NCBI GenBank assembly: GCA_028824015.1
Contig: JAPPFC010000051.1
Span: 4,732-68,731, forward strand
Reading direction: 5' to 3'
Length of the DNA stretch: 64,000 nt
Origin: a bacterium
GTDB lineage: Bacteria; Actinomycetota; Acidimicrobiia; Spongiisociales; ZC4RG35
Shown in pieces: positions 59,707 to 64,000 of this stretch. Made by a program: the position numbers and the translations under genes. Under the pieces are notes generated by a model. The model made no database searches. It saw nothing but the letters and a program-made list of their open reading frames with translations, and had not been told where the DNA came from. Numbering within the stretch: position 1 is the stretch's first letter; each line of letters opens with the position of its first letter.

Positions 59707-60837
59707 ATGACTCTCCCCCCGCTCCCCGCCCCATATCGGGAGCAGTTTCGCGAGCCCCCGGGGTTCATGAATTCCGCGGCCATCTCCCCGGTTTCCAAGC
59801 TGGTGAAGAGCCGGGTTGCCGACTATGTATCGGACTTCTGCTCGGCCACCGGGAACCTGAGCACTCTTCTGGAGGAGGGGGTGAGGCGGGGCCGGCGGGC
59901 CCTCGCCGGGCTCCTGGACACAGACGTTTCGAGGGTCGGCGTCACGCACACCACCGGGGCGGCGCTCCTGCATGTCGCTTTCGGCCTCCGGGGCGGGAAT
60001 GTGGTGGTCCCCGGAGCCGAGTTCCCCACCAATCTCTATCCGTGGATCCGCGCCCGCCAAGCTGGCCTGATTGACGAGGTGCGCCGGGTCCCCCTCCCGG
60101 ATCTTCGCCTCACTCCCGACCACCTCCGGCCGTTCGTCGATGCCTCCACCCGGGTTGTGGCGGTAAGCCATGTCGACTTCGCCACCGGCTTTCGGACGGA
60201 TCTGGCGAAAATCCGGGAAGCCTTCCCGGCACCCTTGCTGGTGGTGGACGCCATCCAGTCGATGGGGGCCTTCCCGGTGGACAGCGCCTCGTCGGATGTG
60301 GTGGCTGCGGGTAGCCACAAGTGGATGAGGGCCGGATTCGGCGGGGCTGCGATGATGGTGTCCGACCGCGCCGTCGAGCGTCTGGAACCCAGTCTCACCG
60401 GATGGATGGGGGTCGCCGAACCCCTCGACTTCCAGACGCCTCCTCCCCATCCTCCCGCCGCGGCGGCCGCCCGCTTTCAGATGAGCAGCGATCCGGTGAT
60501 GGGGGCGGTGGCCCTGGCGGCGGCCTGCGAAGTGATCCGGATGGCAGGTGTGGAGTCGATCAGCGGCCGCATCTCGGCGGCGATGGACCGGCTGGAGGAG
60601 GAGTTGGAGAGAATCGGGTGCGAACTACGACGGCCGTGGAGGGACCCGGGAGAGCGGGCGGGAATCCTCACCTTCAGGATCCCCGGCCGGGACTCGGGGC
60701 AGGTGGTGGAGGCAATGAGAGAACGCGGGGTGGTGCTGGCCGACCGTGCCGGCTGGGTGAGGGTCTCCCCTCCGGCCACCGTCACCGAGGAGTCAATAGA
60801 CCTGCTCTTGGAGGGACTTGGTTCCCTAATGCTCTAG
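59707..60837 (+). CDS. Aminotransferase class V-fold PLP-dependent enzyme
   Basis: VVDAIQSMGAFPVD...AAGSHKWM (PLP Lys). Overall cysteine desulfurase/isopenicillin-N-epimerase-like layout. Confidence 0.8.
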   Translation: MTLPPLPAPYREQFREPPGFMNSAAISPVSKLVKSRVADYVSDFCSATGNLSTLLEEGVRRGRRALAGLLDTDVSRVGVTHTTGAALLHVAFGLRGGNVVVPGAEFPTNLYPWIRARQAGLIDEVRRVPLPDLRLTPDHLRPFVDASTRVVAVSHVDFATGFRTDLAKIREAFPAPLLVVDAIQSMGAFPVDSASSDVVAAGSHKWMRAGFGGAAMMVSDRAVERLEPSLTGWMGVAEPLDFQTPPPHPPAAAAARFQMSSDPVMGAVALAAACEVIRMAGVESISGRISAAMDRLEEELERIGCELRRPWRDPGERAGILTFRIPGRDSGQVVEAMRERGVVLADRAGWVRVSPPATVTEESIDLLLEGLGSLML

Positions 60838-60890
60838 GTCTCGCAGTCGATTTGGGTACGGATCGGCCGCTGTGAAGGACTGCGTGGGAC

Positions 60891-61334
60891 TCAGAGAGCC
60901 GCCGCGTCGTCCAGGTCAGCCACCCGGTTGGCAATCTCTGCGGGGGACAGATCACTGTTCACGGTCGCCCGTTCGGGTACCTGAGCTTCGGGGACCGGAT
61001 GGTTGGCTACCCAGATCACCCTCCTTGCTCCCGCGTCGGAGACCGCCTGAGCCCACTGGGTGAAGAGTTCTGTGGCGTCGGCCGCGAAGGAGATCTCCCG
61101 TCCGTCGCTGCCGGCGTCGCACACCAGGACCACTGTGTGGCACCGCAGGCATGCGGCGGAGACGTGGGAGGCGTCCGAGACATCGCCCAAGGCAACCTTT
61201 ACGCCGGCTTCCTTGAGGCGCACCCCGATGGAAGGATCGGAGACGAACGCTCGTACCTCCCGGTCGGGTTCGATCAAATCTTCGATGATCACCTCACCCA
61301 CCGGGGTGTCGGCGCCCACCACCATTACCGGCAT
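60891..61334 (-). CDS. Short NAD(P)-binding Rossmann-domain protein (NmrA/atypical SDR-like, possibly truncated)
   Basis: MPVMVVGADTPVGEVI (GxxxxxG variant). At 147 aa it is shorter than typical family members. Confidence 0.45.
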   Translation of the reverse strand: MPVMVVGADTPVGEVIIEDLIEPDREVRAFVSDPSIGVRLKEAGVKVALGDVSDASHVSAACLRCHTVVLVCDAGSDGREISFAADATELFTQWAQAVSDAGARRVIWVANHPVPEAQVPERATVNSDLSPAEIANRVADLDDAAAL

Positions 61335-61441
61335 CGGATCGGCGTCCCTTGTGACGGTTCTTTCGGCAGGTCACGGCGGCTGGGCGGATTATTGATATAA
61401 GCGATTTTCGGTAGGTTAATGGTTTCTTACCGGGGGAGCAT

Positions 61442-64000
61442 GTGCAGGCTTCACAACTGATAAACGATCTGGCGGCTCGTTACCATCACGACGCCTGTGG
61501 GGTGGGGCTGATCGCTGCCCGGAACCGCCGGCCGTCCCATCGGATGACCAGGCTCGCCGTGGAGTGTCTGATCCGGTTGGACCACCGGGGAGCCAAGGTT
61601 GCCGACGGCACCGGAGACGGCGCCGGCCTTCTGACCCAGATCCCCCACCGGCTCCTGTCCAGGTACCTGCGGAGCGTGGGAGTCGCTCCTCCCGACCGGC
61701 TGGGGGTTGTAATGGCTTTTCTCCCCGCCGAAGACCCCCGGGCGGGAGAGCAGGTGGTGGCCGAGGCCCTGTCGACCGAGGGCATCCCCCTTTTGGCGTG
61801 GCGTTCGGTACCCATCGATCCCCAAGCGCTCAGCAACCGCGCCCGAAGGCTGATGCCGGTGATACGCCAGGCCTTGGTCGCCGTACCGGACGCCTTCGAT
61901 GTCGAGGAGTTCGAGCGCTTGATGCTGCTGGCGAGAAAACGCATGGAGAGTGCCGGAGAGGGCCTGGCTACGTTCTCGATACCCAGCGCCTCGGCGCGGA
62001 CCGTCGTCTACAAGGGCCTCTTCACCGCGGCGCGCATTGCCGACTTCTACTGGGACTTGAATGATCCCGATTACGAAACCGCTTTTGCCATCTTCCACCA
62101 GCGCTATTCGACCAATACCTTCCCGGCATGGGAGATCGCCCAGCCTTTCCGCTGTCTCGCCCACAACGGGGAGATCAACACCATATCGGCAAACCGGAGC
62201 TGGATGAAGGCTCGGGAACAAAGCGTGACTTCGACCGTGTGGGGGGAACGGACCAGGGACCTGCAACCCTTCGTGCAACCAGGGCTCTCGGATTCGGCCA
62301 GTCTGGACAACGTATTCGAGTTGCTGCTCCGCACCGGCAGGTCTCTTCCCCATATCAAAGAGATGCTCATTCAGCCCGCTTGGGAGAGTGCGCCCACGCT
62401 CGACCCGGACGAGCAGGACTTCTATGAGTACCACGCTTCCCTGACCGAGCCGTGGGACGGCCCGGCGGCGTTGGCGGTCACCGACGGGGTGTCGTTGCTG
62501 GCGGCCATGGACCGGAATGGTCTGCGACCCGCTCGCTGGACGATCAGCCCCGAGATGCTGATTGTGGCTTCGGAGGCCGGAGTGTGCCCGTCGGAGGAGG
62601 TGTGGGCTGAGCGGACCGGCCAGCTTGGCCCGGGTGAGATGGTGCTCTTCGACGGCGAGACCGGCGAGATACGGTTCAGCGATCAAATACGTCCGGAGTT
62701 GTGCCGCCTCCGGCCCTACCGGGAGTGGATGGAACACCAGACCCTCTACATACAGAAGCCGTTCTCCGCCGAGGTGCGTTTCGAGATAGAGCGTGACAGG
62801 CTGTGCCGGGTGTTCGGTTACACGGCCGAGGAACGCCGGCTGATCCTGGCGGAGATGGCCCTCGGCAAGAGCCCGCTCGGTTCGATGGGAAGCGACACCC
62901 CCCTGGCGGCCTTCTCAGGGAGGCCCCGACGGCTTGCCCACTACTTTCACCAGCAATTCGCCCAGGTGACCAATCCGCCCATGGACCCCATCCGGGAACA
63001 GTCGGTGATGTCGCTGCGAACCTACCTGGGAGGAAGGGGATCATTCCTGGAGGACAGCTACCGGCCCTTCGCCAGGATGGAACTCCTCTCACCGGTGCTT
63101 TCCCTCGCCGAACTGGAGACGGTGGTGAGATCGGGAGATCCACGTTTCTTTTCCCACTGGATTCCCTGCGTGTGGCCGGCTGTGGAGGGACAGGACGGGA
63201 TGAAGCGCCGACTTGATCAGATATGTGAGGAAGCGGTGGAGGCCACCGAACAGGGAGCCTCGATCATCGTGCTCTCCGACCGGGAGGTCGACGGCGCCCA
63301 TGCGCCCGTTCCCATGCTGCTGGCGGTGGGGGCGGTCCACCAACGTCTGATAGAGAGCGGGCTGCGGGTATCGGTCTCGATAGTCGCCGTCTCGGGGGAG
63401 ACCCGGGACTCCCACGACCTGGCTTGCTTGATCGCATACGGCGCCTCGGCCGTCAATCCCTATCTGGCGATCCGGGAAGTCATGCACATGGCCCAAGAGG
63501 GAGTCCTGAAAGTCCACCCAGTGGAGGCCCAGGAGAACTACCGGAACGCCCTGCAGAACGGGCTCTTGAAAGTCATGTCCAAGATGGGAATCTGCACGGT
63601 CTCGGCATACCGGGGGAGTGAGTTGTTCGAGGCGTTGGGGCTTGAGCCGGAAGTGCTGGACTACGCCTTTCCCAACACCTCCAGCAGGCTGTCCGGCCGG
63701 GGTTTCGATCACCTCGCCTGGAACACCCTGCGGTTGCATTCCCTCTACTCGGCGGGTGAGGTGCAGCCAGGCGGCTTCTACAAGCAGCGTGGAGGGGGAG
63801 AGTTCCACGTAACCAGTCCCAGGGTGGTTCTCGCTCTGCATAAAGCGGCCCGATCCGGAAACCAGGACGACTGGGATCGCTACCTGGAAACGATCCAGCA
63901 ACGGCCCGTAACCCATGTGCGCGACCTCTGCACCTTCGTGGAGAGGACCCCGGTCCTGGTGTCGGAGGTTGAGCCGGCCGAGGCAATCATGCGCCGCTTC
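61442..64000 (+). CDS. gltB: Glutamate synthase large subunit, N-terminal about 853 codons (continues past the right edge)
   Basis: Not in the track (open at the window edge). GTG 61442 follows GGGGGAG. HHDACGVGLIA (Ntn Cys), HRGA..ADGTGDGAGLL, AIFHQRYSTNTFP, LAHNGEINT and FAQVTNPPMDPIRE. The frame is open to 64000. Confidence 0.9.
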   Translation, partial: MQASQLINDLAARYHHDACGVGLIAARNRRPSHRMTRLAVECLIRLDHRGAKVADGTGDGAGLLTQIPHRLLSRYLRSVGVAPPDRLGVVMAFLPAEDPRAGEQVVAEALSTEGIPLLAWRSVPIDPQALSNRARRLMPVIRQALVAVPDAFDVEEFERLMLLARKRMESAGEGLATFSIPSASARTVVYKGLFTAARIADFYWDLNDPDYETAFAIFHQRYSTNTFPAWEIAQPFRCLAHNGEINTISANRSWMKAREQSVTSTVWGERTRDLQPFVQPGLSDSASLDNVFELLLRTGRSLPHIKEMLIQPAWESAPTLDPDEQDFYEYHASLTEPWDGPAALAVTDGVSLLAAMDRNGLRPARWTISPEMLIVASEAGVCPSEEVWAERTGQLGPGEMVLFDGETGEIRFSDQIRPELCRLRPYREWMEHQTLYIQKPFSAEVRFEIERDRLCRVFGYTAEERRLILAEMALGKSPLGSMGSDTPLAAFSGRPRRLAHYFHQQFAQVTNPPMDPIREQSVMSLRTYLGGRGSFLEDSYRPFARMELLSPVLSLAELETVVRSGDPRFFSHWIPCVWPAVEGQDGMKRRLDQICEEAVEATEQGASIIVLSDREVDGAHAPVPMLLAVGAVHQRLIESGLRVSVSIVAVSGETRDSHDLACLIAYGASAVNPYLAIREVMHMAQEGVLKVHPVEAQENYRNALQNGLLKVMSKMGICTVSAYRGSELFEALGLEPEVLDYAFPNTSSRLSGRGFDHLAWNTLRLHSLYSAGEVQPGGFYKQRGGGEFHVTSPRVVLALHKAARSGNQDDWDRYLETIQQRPVTHVRDLCTFVERTPVLVSEVEPAEAIMRRF

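Noticed and set aside
61351-61374. GTGAC ... GTCAC pair upstream of gltB as a possible GlnR box
   Set aside because: The start-to-start spacing is 19 nt, not the 22 nt of the a-n6-b-n6-a layout. No GAAAC-type b-sites are present.
61451-63916. 428-aa and 275-aa ORFs on the minus strand (61451..62737 and 63089..63916)
   Set aside because: Both are antisense to gltB, whose plus-strand frame is open from 61442 to the window end and carries canonical GltB motifs.

Overview
A 64 kb, densely packed, high-G+C chromosomal segment (G+C judged by eye, not computed). Gene content points to an actinobacterium, possibly Acidimicrobiia-like, but the taxon is inference only. The clues are the ribosomal microprotein bS22, menA/menB, lgt, a caa3-type oxidase and frequent 1-4 nt stop/start overlaps. 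I support about 60 protein genes and one tRNA (tRNA-Glu UUC). I see no rRNA, CRISPR array, transposase or integrase.

Main blocks, left to right:
- clpB 5' end, an MFS exporter, MscS, a cytochrome c, a LigC-type ATP-dependent DNA ligase, PhzF, a CDF transporter and thrB.
- The bS22 microgene, gcdH and a MaoC dehydratase, then an S9 peptidase.
- An unusual molybdopterin oxidoreductase locus: the 4Fe-4S subunit is fused to the NrfD-type membrane anchor, the catalytic subunit has no Tat signal, and a thioredoxin-like 2Fe-2S ferredoxin follows.
- zwf, two tandem MFS paralogs and an O-methyltransferase.
- A cupredoxin-like lipoprotein plus uncharacterised membrane proteins.
- ctaC-ctaD-ctaE-ctaF-ctaG (caa3 oxidase), with a penicillin-acylase-family gene coupled to its end.
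- A Dpp/Opp-type ABC importer mixed with SDRs, a lactonase, a mutarotase-like and a ceramidase-like protein.
- lgt, then a DAHP synthase-chorismate mutase fusion preceded by what looks like a Phe/Tyr leader-peptide attenuator.
- tRNA-Glu, followed by a lower-GC islet carrying an AlbA_2/HATPase_c_4/wHTH protein and a ~400 bp AT-rich non-coding stretch.
- DsbB-TlpA, rpiB, murA, NifU, meaB, menA/menB, serA-like plus DUF1015, an M20 hydrolase, a HAD phosphatase, a class V PLP enzyme, and the 5' 2.5 kb of gltB.

Most of the window is ordinary core genome. The most interesting candidates are the putative aromatic-amino-acid attenuator with its divergent DAHPS, the fused Tat-less molybdoenzyme, and the cupredoxin/membrane-protein cluster next to the oxidase. 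Many long ORFs in the track are antisense or out-of-frame shadows typical of GC-rich DNA and were rejected.
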